From a virus (Duplodnaviria; Caudoviricetes): a stretch of DNA of 36,783 bases. Shown in pieces: positions 1 through 8,885 of the stretch. The notes beneath the pieces were generated by a model that saw only the letters and a program-made list of their open reading frames with translations, ran no database searches and was not told the DNA's origin. The DNA lies in IMG/VR virus record IMGVR_UViG_3300042110_000398, positions 1-36,783 of that record, one strand, 5' to 3'. Both the position numbers and the translations under genes were made by a program. Position 1 is the first letter of the stretch, and each line of letters begins with the position of its first letter.

Positions 1-1
1 T

Positions 2-502
2 GTCACGGACAAGGTGAAGATATGGTCTCCGACCCTGAAAGCCCTTGTCGACACCGAGTGGGTGAGGGAGAGATACGGAGTCCTGCCCCTGAACCTATGC
101 GTGGCAAGGTGCTTTGCGGGAGATTCTTCAGACTCTCTACCCGGACTCGAAGGCGTCGGGATACGTACTCTAGTGAAGCGCTTCCCTCAGCTCGCTGATG
201 ATAGGCTGGTCGACGTAGAAGAAATCATAGAATGCGCTAAAAATCATCCACAGGCTTCAAAATTGAAGGTGATGAAGTCTATAATCGATGGAGCTGAAGT
301 CGCCAAGAGGAACTGGCGGCTTATGAACCTCGACGTTTCCAACCTGAGCGGTAACCAGGTCGGTAAGCTCAACTCCACGATGGAGATAGAAGTTCCGCGC
401 GGCAACAAGATGGAACTCATTCGAACACTCGTGGGGAGAGGTGTAAAAACCTTCGACATTGATAGATTCTATCTCCAAGCAACCGTCAATCTACAAAAGT
501 GA
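2..502 (+). CDS. 5'-3' exonuclease / flap endonuclease (T4 RNase H / PolA N-terminal type), 5'-truncated by the window edge
   Basis: H3TH motif AGDSSDSLPGLEGVGIRTL; the frame is open from position 2; directly upstream of the helicase. Confidence 0.8.
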   Translation, partial: VTDKVKIWSPTLKALVDTEWVRERYGVLPLNLCVARCFAGDSSDSLPGLEGVGIRTLVKRFPQLADDRLVDVEEIIECAKNHPQASKLKVMKSIIDGAEVAKRNWRLMNLDVSNLSGNQVGKLNSTMEIEVPRGNKMELIRTLVGRGVKTFDIDRFYLQATVNLQK

Positions 503-1893
503 GCGAATTGATGAGTGAAGCCAGCAGTGAGGCTCTGTTCAAAGGGTATGGACGCAAGTTCCAGGAACAGATCTTCCAAGGACTTCTTACGGATCATAAC
601 TGGGCATCCCAAATTTCGGAGGTGATGAGCCCTGATTACTTTGACCTCAGGTATCTCGCGTACCTCACGGACAAGTACTTCAAGTACTACGCCAAGTATA
701 AGTGCTTCCCGACCCTCCAGCTCCTCATCACCATCATCAAGGACGAACTGAAGGAACAGTCGAACGCGGTCCTGAAGGAACAGGTCGTTGAGTACTTGAG
801 CCGGATGCGTTCCTCCCCGGACATGGGTGATATTGTCTACGTGAAGGAGAAGTCGCTTGACTTCTGCCGGAAGCAGGCAATGAAGGAGGCACTTGAGAAG
901 TCTGTCGAGCTCATCTCGAAGGACAAGTACGAGGAAGTCGTTGACATGATGAAGAAGGCTGTCTCCGTGGGGATGACCTCTTCGGTGGGCCATGACTTCT
1001 TCGAGGATGCAGAGGCTCGATTCGTGAAGATCAATCGACTTGCTTGTCCGACTGGTATTGAAGAAATTGACGAGAGGACCGTTCTCAATGGCGGTCTGGG
1101 TAAGGGCGAGCTCGGTGTTATTGTGGCGAACACCGGCGTCGGCAAATCTCACATGCTTGTCCAGCTCGGTGCCCATGCACTTCGCCTTGGGAAGAATGTC
1201 GTTCATTACACTTTCGAGCTCACAGAGACTGCGGTCGGAATTCGTTACGATTCGAATCTTACCAACATCGCATCGAATGAGATTCAAGACTCGAAGCAGG
1301 AAGTCCTCGAAAAGTACAAGGAGATGGAGCTCGGTAGACTCATCATCAAGGAGTACCCGACCGGCGCAGCGACAGTGGGGACCATCAGAAGCCATCTAGA
1401 GAAGCTTGCGCTTCGAGGTTTCGTCCCCCATGTTCTCCTCATCGACTACGCAGACATCATGCGTTCGACAAGAGAGTACGATGCTCTCCGGCTTGAGCTG
1501 AAGCTCATCTATGAGGAGCTTCGTAACCTTGCCATGGAGAGGGCCATCCCGATCTGGACCGCGTCCCAGGCGAACAGGGACTCTTCAAATTCCGACGTGG
1601 TCGGGCTGGAGAACATGTCGGAGTCTTACGGAAAGGCAATGGTCGCCGACGTGGTGCTTTCTCTTTCACGCAAGGCAACAGAGAAGGCAACAGGCGCCGG
1701 CCGGCTGTTTGTCGCAAAGAATCGAGCAGGGAGGGATGGCATTCTCTTCCCAGTACACATTGACACGGCAAGGTCTAAGATCAAGGTCCTGGATGAAAAT
1801 TCGTTGACTCTTCAGGAAGCAATCTCGCAGGATGACAATGACAGGAAGAAGCTCATGCGAGACAAGTGGAACCAAGTAATGGGAGCGAAGTGA
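499..1893 (+). CDS. dnaB: Replicative DNA helicase, DnaB / T4 gp41 family
   Basis: Walker A GELGVIVANTGVGKS, Walker B LLIDYAD, WTASQANR, KNRAG arginine finger; start is GTG 499 or ATG 511. Confidence 0.92.
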   Translation: MSELMSEASSEALFKGYGRKFQEQIFQGLLTDHNWASQISEVMSPDYFDLRYLAYLTDKYFKYYAKYKCFPTLQLLITIIKDELKEQSNAVLKEQVVEYLSRMRSSPDMGDIVYVKEKSLDFCRKQAMKEALEKSVELISKDKYEEVVDMMKKAVSVGMTSSVGHDFFEDAEARFVKINRLACPTGIEEIDERTVLNGGLGKGELGVIVANTGVGKSHMLVQLGAHALRLGKNVVHYTFELTETAVGIRYDSNLTNIASNEIQDSKQEVLEKYKEMELGRLIIKEYPTGAATVGTIRSHLEKLALRGFVPHVLLIDYADIMRSTREYDALRLELKLIYEELRNLAMERAIPIWTASQANRDSSNSDVVGLENMSESYGKAMVADVVLSLSRKATEKATGAGRLFVAKNRAGRDGILFPVHIDTARSKIKVLDENSLTLQEAISQDDNDRKKLMRDKWNQVMGAK

Positions 1894-4373
1894 TGGACGA
1901 AATAACGCGACAGATCGCGCTTGAGCAGACATCGAAATACTTTGAGGGTGACGAGCTCGCCCCTGATGTCTTCATGAAGTACGCTCTAAGGGATGCTGAA
2001 GACAACCTGCTGGAGACCAATCCGGACCAGATGCATCGTCGACTCGCGAAGGAGTTTGCCCGTATTGAGGCAAAGTATCCGAACCCGATGAGCGAAGACG
2101 AGATCTACGAGCTCCTGAAGGACTTCAAGGACGTCGTCCCCCAGGGTTCTCCGATGTCAGGAATCGGAAATTACTACCAGCTGCAGAGCCTGTCGAACTG
2201 TTTCGTGGTGGATCAGCCCCACGACAGCTACGCGGGAATCCTCTTCACGGATCAGGAGCAGGTCCAGATCATGAAGCGTCGCGGTGGCGTCGGCTTCGAT
2301 GTCTCCACGATCCGACCGAAGGGTCAGCCGACTTCCAACGCTGCCCGTACTACCGACGGCATCGGTGTCTTCATGGAGCGCTTCTCCAACTCCTGCCGAG
2401 AGGTAGCCCAGGGCGGTCGTCGTGGCGCCCTCATGCTGACGATCGACTGTCGCCACCCAGAGATTGAGACATTCATTGACATCAAGCGTGACCTGAAGAA
2501 GGTGACAGGCGCGAACATCTCTATCCGTTTCACGGACGAGTTCATGCGGGCGGTTGAGGGTAACACTGACTTCATGCTGCGCTGGCCTGTCGAGTCAAGT
2601 CCCGAGGACTCTGAGATTTGCAGGGCTGTCAACGCTAGACAGATTTGGGACAAGTTCGTGGATGCCGCGTGGTCCTCTGCTGAGCCTGGTGCTCTCTTCT
2701 GGGACACCATCGTAAACCAGGGTATTGTCGACTGTTACCGTGACGTTGGCTACAAGACGATCTCCACCAACCCGTGCGGAGAGATTCCTCTCAGTCCTTA
2801 CGACTCCTGTCGACTGATGGTTGTCAATCTCACGTCATTCGTGAATCATCCGTTCGGTGATAGTCCCACGTTCGATTTTGCGAGATTCGATGAGGTCGTG
2901 ATGAAGGCTCAGCGTCTCATGGATGACCTTGTCGATCTTGAGATTGAGTGTGTGGATCGAATCCTCGAGAAGATCGAGAAGGACCCGCAGCCAGATCACG
3001 TGAAGCGGATTGAATGGGATCTCTGGCACAAGATCCGCGCGGCTGGCAAGAACGGTCGACGAACAGGTCTTGGGATCACGGGACTTGGCGATGCACTCGC
3101 TGCAATGAACATTCGCTACGGTGACGAGTGCTCCATCACGGTCACTCGTGAGATTTACAGAGCTCTTGCCATCGGTGCTCACCGCTCCTCTCTCATCATG
3201 GCGCAGGAGCGCGGTGCTTTCCCGGCATTCAATTTTGAGAAGGAGAAGGATCACCTCTACCTGAAGAAGGTGATGACAGCCTGCAACGGTGACAGCTACG
3301 ATATGTGGAAGACCACCGGTCGGCGCAACATTGCTCTCACTACCACGGCTCCCGTCGGATCGGTCTCCTGCCTCACTCGGACAACATCCGGCATCGAGCC
3401 AGCTTTCCTCCTCTCCTACAAGCGTCGTCGCAAGATCACTCAGGGAGACCTCGTCTCCAGGGTAGATTTCGTTGATCCGATGGGCGACAAGTGGCAAGAG
3501 TACGTTGTCTACCATCACTGGTTCAAGAAGTGGATGGATCGTACGGGCAAGACCGACCCGAAGGAGAGTCCATACTGGGGCGGCACTGCGAATGATATTG
3601 AATGGGAGAAGTCCGTTGATATCCAGGCGGCGGCGCAGGAGTGGATTGATCACTCAATCTCTAAGACGTGTAACCTCCCCAATTCTGCCACGAAAGAGAT
3701 CGTGAATGACGTCTACCTGAAGGCCTGGAGGATGGGCTGCAAGGGTTTCACGGTCTACCGTGACGGATGCAGGACAGGCGTGCTCGTCCAGAATGACGAA
3801 CCGAAGAAAGTCGAGGAGGGGAGAATCACTCCCAAGCGTTCGAAGACTCTTCACTGCGACATTCACCGTGCAAATATCAGGAACGGAGAGAGCACTGAAT
3901 CGTGGCTAGTGCTGGTTGGTCTCAGCGATGGCAAGCCTTACGAGGTGTTCTGCGGCATTCCTGAGAATATTGAGATCCCGAAGAGATACAAATCAGGGTC
4001 ACTGGTCAAGAATGGTAAGAGGGACGGAGTGGCAACCTACAATCTCATGGTACCTGTCGGTGACGATGAGAACCTTGTCTTCAAGGATGTGGTGAACCTC
4101 TTCGACAATCCCACGCAGGGAGCCTTCACGAGGACCATCTCTCTTGCTCTGAGACACGAGGTCCCGCTTCAGTACATCGTCGAGCAGCTTCAGAAGGACA
4201 AGAACAGTGACATGTTCTCATATGCCAGAGTAATCGCAAGAGTTCTCAAGGGGTACATCAAGGATGGTACAAAGTCAAGCGAAAAGGGGTGCCCTGAGTG
4301 TGGTAACTCAGAGCTCGTCTATCAAGAGGGGTGCCTCTCTTGCAAGGCGTGTGGCTTCTCCAAGTGCAAGTGA
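1893..4373 (+). CDS. nrdJ: Class II (adenosylcobalamin-dependent) ribonucleotide reductase
   Basis: TNPCGEIPL, TAPVGSVS..TTSGIEP, DHSISKTCNLP, KGFTVYRDG; C-terminal CPECG..CLSCKACGFSKC; no small-subunit gene adjacent; ATG 1893 overlaps the helicase stop (TGATG). Confidence 0.9.
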   Translation: MDEITRQIALEQTSKYFEGDELAPDVFMKYALRDAEDNLLETNPDQMHRRLAKEFARIEAKYPNPMSEDEIYELLKDFKDVVPQGSPMSGIGNYYQLQSLSNCFVVDQPHDSYAGILFTDQEQVQIMKRRGGVGFDVSTIRPKGQPTSNAARTTDGIGVFMERFSNSCREVAQGGRRGALMLTIDCRHPEIETFIDIKRDLKKVTGANISIRFTDEFMRAVEGNTDFMLRWPVESSPEDSEICRAVNARQIWDKFVDAAWSSAEPGALFWDTIVNQGIVDCYRDVGYKTISTNPCGEIPLSPYDSCRLMVVNLTSFVNHPFGDSPTFDFARFDEVVMKAQRLMDDLVDLEIECVDRILEKIEKDPQPDHVKRIEWDLWHKIRAAGKNGRRTGLGITGLGDALAAMNIRYGDECSITVTREIYRALAIGAHRSSLIMAQERGAFPAFNFEKEKDHLYLKKVMTACNGDSYDMWKTTGRRNIALTTTAPVGSVSCLTRTTSGIEPAFLLSYKRRRKITQGDLVSRVDFVDPMGDKWQEYVVYHHWFKKWMDRTGKTDPKESPYWGGTANDIEWEKSVDIQAAAQEWIDHSISKTCNLPNSATKEIVNDVYLKAWRMGCKGFTVYRDGCRTGVLVQNDEPKKVEEGRITPKRSKTLHCDIHRANIRNGESTESWLVLVGLSDGKPYEVFCGIPENIEIPKRYKSGSLVKNGKRDGVATYNLMVPVGDDENLVFKDVVNLFDNPTQGAFTRTISLALRHEVPLQYIVEQLQKDKNSDMFSYARVIARVLKGYIKDGTKSSEKGCPECGNSELVYQEGCLSCKACGFSKCK

Positions 4374-4425
4374 AGAAGACGAAATCGAAAAGGCTATTCA
4401 CAACCTAACACAACCGGGGTACGCA

Positions 4426-5028
4426 GTGAACTTTATTGCAGACGTTTCTCAGCACATCAAGGCAGTCGAGCTTCGAGTCGACCCGATCATCATCCGAGTC
4501 AACAAGTTCGACGAGGACTCCGCGAAGGAATTCACGGACGCGATGAGCCGCGCACAGAACACGGGCCAGTCGGTGATTCCGGTCGTTATCGACTCCTACG
4601 GTGGTCAGGTCTACTCCCTCATGGCGATGATCTCGGCGATCAAGGCCTCCCGAGTTCCGGTGGCCACCATCATCGAGGGCAAGGCAATGAGCTGCGGAGC
4701 GATCCTATTCAGTTTCGGAGCCGAGGGGAAGCGTTACATGGACCCAGACGCGACTCTCATGATCCATGACGTCTCCAGCAGCGCCTGGGGGAAGGTCGAG
4801 GAGATCAAGGCCGACGCGAAGGAGGTCGAGCGCCTCAACAAGAAGGTCTACGAGATGATGGCTCGCAACTGTGGCAAGCCCTCGGACTACTTCCTGAAGA
4901 TGGTCCATGAGCGCGGACACGCAGACTGGTACCTCGACGCCAACGATGCGAAGGGTCACAACCTCGCCAATGAGCTCCGCATTCCAACCCTCACCTGTAA
5001 GATCGATCTCAATTACACTCTGGACTAA
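4426..5028 (+). CDS. clpP: ClpP-family serine protease
   Basis: IDSYGGQV, GKAMSCGAIL (catalytic Ser), LMIHD (His), DWYL; start moved to GTG 4426 (GGGGT upstream) to avoid overlapping nrdJ. Confidence 0.85.
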   Translation: MNFIADVSQHIKAVELRVDPIIIRVNKFDEDSAKEFTDAMSRAQNTGQSVIPVVIDSYGGQVYSLMAMISAIKASRVPVATIIEGKAMSCGAILFSFGAEGKRYMDPDATLMIHDVSSSAWGKVEEIKADAKEVERLNKKVYEMMARNCGKPSDYFLKMVHERGHADWYLDANDAKGHNLANELRIPTLTCKIDLNYTLD

Positions 5029-5030
5029 GC

Positions 5031-6065
5031 ATGAACATCGTAGCCGAGTACATCTGGCAGGACGGAAGCCATCCGACTCACAAGCTTCGCAGCAAGACGA
5101 AGGTCTTCCGTTACGACAACCAGAACAAGCCTTTCGGGATTGAGGACATCCCGCGCTGGACTTTCGACGGTTCTTCCACGGGACAGGCGACAGGCGACAA
5201 GAGCGACTGTCTTCTCATACCTGCAAGTTTCATCCTCGATCCCACTCGAGAGAAGAATCATGAGAGAATCCATATCCTTGTCCTCTGTGAGGTCTTCACC
5301 GCGGATCTGAAGCCCCACGAGTCAAACACTCGCAGCAAGCTTCGTGAAGTTGTTGAGAAGACCCTTGACCACGAGCCCCTGTTCGGTATCGAGCAGGAGT
5401 ATACGATGTTCAAGGACGGCCGGCCCCTCGGCTGGCCCACGGGCGGATACCCTCCTCAGCAGGGTCCCTTCTACTGTGGTGTTGGATCCGATGAGGTCTT
5501 CGGTCGGGAGCTTGTCGAGGAGCACATGGCAGCATGTCTCGATTCCCGCATCGTCCTGTGTGGTATCAACGCTGAGGTGATGCCGGGACAGTGGGAATTC
5601 CAGATCGGCACCGCCGACGCCCTCACGGTCTCTGACCATCTCATCTTTGCTCGTTGGCTCCTCTACCGGATCGGCGAGAAGCATGGGATCACCGTGAAGC
5701 TTGATCCGAAGCCTGTCGCTGAGCTCAACGGGGCCGGTGCTCACACCAATTTCTCCACGAAGAGGATGCGTGAACCTGAAGGAATCCATGCGATTGAGGA
5801 AGCTTGCGAGAGACTTCGCTCTCGCCACGAGCATCACATTGCTCGCTACGGTCACGGTATTGAGCTTCGTCTCACTGGTCACCACGAGACGTGTTCCTAC
5901 CGAGAGTTCCGATGGGGAGTGAGTGATCGGGGGGCCTCGATTCGAATCCCGTTGCACGTTGCTCAGGAGCAGAAGGGTTACCTCGAGGACCGCCGCCCAT
6001 GCGCGAATGTCGATCCGTACGTCGTCACTCGTCTCCTGCTTGAGACGGTCTGCGGAGTGGAGTGA
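5031..6065 (+). CDS. glnII: Glutamine synthetase type II
   Basis: WTFDGSSTGQA, FGIEQEY, GPFYCGVG, NAEVMPGQWEFQIG, NGAGAHTNFST, RLTGHHET, RGASIRIP, YLEDRRP; 344 aa fits GSII. Confidence 0.93.
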   Translation: MNIVAEYIWQDGSHPTHKLRSKTKVFRYDNQNKPFGIEDIPRWTFDGSSTGQATGDKSDCLLIPASFILDPTREKNHERIHILVLCEVFTADLKPHESNTRSKLREVVEKTLDHEPLFGIEQEYTMFKDGRPLGWPTGGYPPQQGPFYCGVGSDEVFGRELVEEHMAACLDSRIVLCGINAEVMPGQWEFQIGTADALTVSDHLIFARWLLYRIGEKHGITVKLDPKPVAELNGAGAHTNFSTKRMREPEGIHAIEEACERLRSRHEHHIARYGHGIELRLTGHHETCSYREFRWGVSDRGASIRIPLHVAQEQKGYLEDRRPCANVDPYVVTRLLLETVCGVE

Positions 6066-6469
6066 AACCAGCTAAAGTAGAGCTCCTGGCGAAGGTTATT
6101 GCGTGGAGGTTTTTCTCCATGCTGTACGGCTTCACAATAGCTTTCCTCTTCACCAACAACGTTTCTGAGTCGGCAGGAATAGTCTTCCTGACCGGCTCCA
6201 CCCTCACGATTCTGCAGTGGGGATTTGAGATATTCTGGGACAAATTTGCCAGACTGAGGATTAGAAATGCCCTTTCAAGAGAACAAGGTCGAGCTCATTG
6301 GTTGGTACGGTGGAGACGAGGCTCACGCCCTCTCAGCGTGGACGAGCACAAGCAGGGACATCAGTCTAGAGAAGAGGAAGAGAATTCCAGAGCTCCTGAA
6401 GATGCTCGCGGAGAACGGACACGAGACTCCGTTCGAGAAGAGCTCTCTCCACTTCCTCGTGACGGTTGA
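6062..6469 (+). CDS. Small membrane protein, DUF2061-like, with a 3' extension overlapping thyX
   Basis: LAKVIAWRFFS followed by two hydrophobic segments and FEIFWDKF; GTGA overlap with the glnII stop; last 203 nt overlap thyX. Confidence 0.55.
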   Translation: MKPAKVELLAKVIAWRFFSMLYGFTIAFLFTNNVSESAGIVFLTGSTLTILQWGFEIFWDKFARLRIRNALSREQGRAHWLVRWRRGSRPLSVDEHKQGHQSREEEENSRAPEDARGERTRDSVREELSPLPRDG

Positions 6470-6935
6470 CACTGCAACCCACATCCACCTCCTGAAGCAC
6501 CGCATCGGTGTCTCCATCAACGCAGAGTCCGCGAGGTACAAGGAGCTGAAGGACGACAAGTACGTGGTGCCGGATGACTGGCCCACTGTCGAGAAAGCGA
6601 AGTACATCGCGTTCATGGAAGACGCGATCATGCGCTACCATGATACGCTTGATCGCCTTGTGAAGAGTGGGATGGACCGAAAGCGGGCGAAGGAATCTGC
6701 ACGATTCTACCTGCCCTATGGCAATCAGGTGACGATGGACATCATGTTCAACTGGCGTTCTTTCAATCACTTTCTCAACCTGCGAATGAAGAGCGATGCG
6801 CAGAAGGAAGTGAGGGAGATCGCTGAGAAAATGCTCAATATAGTCGCTGGCATTCCAACCAACCCCTTCAAGCACACTATCGAGGCTTTCGGCCTTGCGG
6901 GAAGGGTCGAGGAAAGATTCCACGCGCCTTACTGA
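6267..6935 (+). CDS. thyX: Flavin-dependent thymidylate synthase
   Basis: GHETPFE, KHRIGVSINAESARY (RHRx8S variant), ESARFYLP, NWRSFNHFLNLR, AQKEVR. Confidence 0.92.
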   Translation: MPFQENKVELIGWYGGDEAHALSAWTSTSRDISLEKRKRIPELLKMLAENGHETPFEKSSLHFLVTVDTATHIHLLKHRIGVSINAESARYKELKDDKYVVPDDWPTVEKAKYIAFMEDAIMRYHDTLDRLVKSGMDRKRAKESARFYLPYGNQVTMDIMFNWRSFNHFLNLRMKSDAQKEVREIAEKMLNIVAGIPTNPFKHTIEAFGLAGRVEERFHAPY

Positions 6936-6944
6936 AAAAGCCGT

Positions 6945-6951
6945 ATAGTTA
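6945..6951 (+). promoter_or_regulatory. Candidate late-promoter element ATAGTTA
   Basis: ATAnnTA in the intergenic gap 39 nt before the endolysin; same heptamer as at 31515. Confidence 0.4.
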
Positions 6952-6990
6952 TCGATGAGCAGGAACACAAGGTCCTGCGAAGGATGACAA

Positions 6991-7791
6991 ATGCCGCCAG
7001 TGAGTCTCGTACCAGTCGATCTTTCAATCGCGTCGTCATACAACAAGTCTGGAGGGACGGGTGGTCCCAGGGCTAACCTCACTCCGCTTGCCAAGCTCGG
7101 CAAGGCTGGAGTTGCTCACCCCGAGATGGCGCCGGCCCTCAAGGCGCTCTCAGATGCGGTTACCGCTGCTGGTGGGGATCTTCGCATCACCGAGTGTCAC
7201 AGGGACGTTGCGGTGCAGAAGAGTGCAAGAGCCAAGTACGATAACTGGGTGAATGCCGGCAAGCCTGCACCAGGCTCTGCAGGTTGGAACGCGTCCACGA
7301 TGAAGAACGCTTTCGTGGCTCTACCGGGTCGCTCGGGACACAATGCTGGGCGCTCCATCGACGTGCACCTCTCGGAGCTCAAGTTCCCCGGCCTTCCGGC
7401 CAACCAGCAGCTCGACAAGCTCTGGGAGCTTGCAATCCCACTCGGCTGGAAGCCGATCATCAAGACTGCCGATGAGGGCGCGAAAGAGGCCTGGCACTTC
7501 GATTTCTGGGGGGAGCTCACCGGCGTCCTCAACCGTCTCGGCTACGAGCAGGCTGCACTCTGCGGTGCCCTCCTCGTCGGTCACGGAGACCTCCAGGGAT
7601 TCCCCGCAGTCACGCAGGCCCTCCTCTGCAGGGCCGGATTCGACATCGGAAAGATCGACGGAGCAATCGGACCCAAGAGCATCGCTGCTCTTTGTCTGGC
7701 CCTCGGTCTTGCCGAGACGGTCGTGAAAGCGAAGGTGGCTGCCGGTGACGAGTCAATCTGGCCCGCCCTCCTCGCTCTCCCCGCGAAGTAA
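6991..7791 (+). CDS. Endolysin: M15-family Zn peptidase with a C-terminal peptidoglycan-binding domain
   Basis: ITECHRD..Q, ALPGRSGHNAGRSIDV (SxHxxGxxxD), EAWHFD; C-terminal LCRAGFDIGKIDGAIGPKS PG-binding-1-like motif. Confidence 0.8.
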   Translation: MPPVSLVPVDLSIASSYNKSGGTGGPRANLTPLAKLGKAGVAHPEMAPALKALSDAVTAAGGDLRITECHRDVAVQKSARAKYDNWVNAGKPAPGSAGWNASTMKNAFVALPGRSGHNAGRSIDVHLSELKFPGLPANQQLDKLWELAIPLGWKPIIKTADEGAKEAWHFDFWGELTGVLNRLGYEQAALCGALLVGHGDLQGFPAVTQALLCRAGFDIGKIDGAIGPKSIAALCLALGLAETVVKAKVAAGDESIWPALLALPAK

Positions 7792-7810
7792 CAAGGAAAG
7801 GTCCACAGGA

Positions 7811-7838
7811 TTGTAAAGTCTCCGACAAGATTTATTAT
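7811..7838 (+). promoter_or_regulatory. Possible sigma70-type promoter
   Basis: TTGTAA-16 nt-TATTAT in an intergenic gap, followed by a GGAGG RBS for the MBD4-like gene. Confidence 0.4.
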
Positions 7839-7857
7839 CTTGATACGGAGGTGAAGC

Positions 7858-8310
7858 TTGTGGACTCCCCCAAAGTACGGACTAATCCAAGAGAAGTACT
7901 GGCCTGATCCCTGGAAGATCCTTGTCTGCTGTCTCTGTCTCAACCTCACCACGAGGAAGCAGATGGAGCCGGTGGTGGAGAGGATGTTCCAGCGGTGGCC
8001 TGACGCGAAGTCGCTCTCAGAAGCTGATGAGGCAGAGCTCACCGAGGTCATCCGCACCCTCGGCATGTGGAAGAAGCGCGTCAACACCCTGAAGAAGATG
8101 TCGGCGCAGTATGACCGGGGCGAGTGGAATGATGTCCTCCAGCTCCACGGTGTCGGGAAGTACGCCTCAGACGCTTATCGGATCTTTGTCCTCGGTGACT
8201 GGCGCAATGTCCAGCCGCAGGACCACGCGCTCAATGACTATCATGATTTCCTGAAGAAGCACTACGGAGAGTCGGACCACCCTTCCGCCAATCACAACTT
8301 CACCTGTTGA
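7858..8310 (+). CDS. MBD4-like HhH-GPD mismatch DNA glycosylase (T/U/5hmU:G)
   Basis: WTPP..LIQE...DPWKILV..LN, HhH LHGVGKYASDAYRIF, VQPQDHALNDY with the catalytic Asp; matches my recollection of the MBD4 glycosylase domain; no Fe-S cysteines; TTG start behind GGAGG. Confidence 0.82.
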   Translation: MWTPPKYGLIQEKYWPDPWKILVCCLCLNLTTRKQMEPVVERMFQRWPDAKSLSEADEAELTEVIRTLGMWKKRVNTLKKMSAQYDRGEWNDVLQLHGVGKYASDAYRIFVLGDWRNVQPQDHALNDYHDFLKKHYGESDHPSANHNFTC

Positions 8311-8383
8311 CGGGAAGACACAAAAGTTTCACAAATTGTGTTCTCTGTTCATCCGATGAATTAAAAAGAACAAGGAGGCTGGA

Positions 8384-8593
8384 ATGACCAATATCGAGCT
8401 TGCAACAGTTCATACGGCTCTTCGGCTTGCACGTGAGCGTTGTGACAGCGAGGCAGGGTCGACGCCTCGTGATTGGGAGATCACCGCGCTGGCCAACATT
8501 GAGAATATGCTCGCTGAGGTCAACAGGACACCCCGTGATCAGTGGCCCGCTCTCATGGGATCTTTCAACGCTCGAAAGTGGCATTCGAGCTAG
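8384..8593 (+). CDS. Hypothetical protein
   Basis: 69 aa ORF with a strong AAGGAGG RBS; fills the gap. Confidence 0.65.
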   Translation: MTNIELATVHTALRLARERCDSEAGSTPRDWEITALANIENMLAEVNRTPRDQWPALMGSFNARKWHSS

Positions 8594-8606
8594 AGGAAGA
8601 GAAGAC

Positions 8607-8876
8607 ATGTTTCCGCTCTATCTCTTGCTCAACTTTTCTTTCGCCGACACCCTCGTCGGTACCTGTCGATTCTGGGGTGATGAGCCCCACTACATCTCCG
8701 CGGTAGGAAATTTCTCTGCCCATCACCAGGGAGATCTCCGAAGGACGGGCTTTGTCGGAGCCACCGAGGTGTGGGAGGGGACAGGACCCGTGTGGGTCAT
8801 CTACACCGCAGAGAGCGCAAAGTCGAAGTACCAGTTCCGAGTCAACGGAAGCCTGCAAACCTGTGATCAATTTTAG
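8607..8876 (+). CDS. Hypothetical protein with a hydrophobic, signal-like N-terminus
   Basis: In-frame ATG 8607 (MFPLYLLLNFSFA) after a purine-rich tract; 3' part of the 8400..8876 ORF. Confidence 0.55.
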   Translation: MFPLYLLLNFSFADTLVGTCRFWGDEPHYISAVGNFSAHHQGDLRRTGFVGATEVWEGTGPVWVIYTAESAKSKYQFRVNGSLQTCDQF

Positions 8877-8885
8877 GGAGACGCC

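Noticed and set aside
4264-4425. N-terminal extensions from the ORF track (clpP 4264; also 1866, 8400, 20317, 30970, 31484, 34472)
   Set aside because: They overlap upstream genes; downstream starts have an RBS or stop-start coupling.
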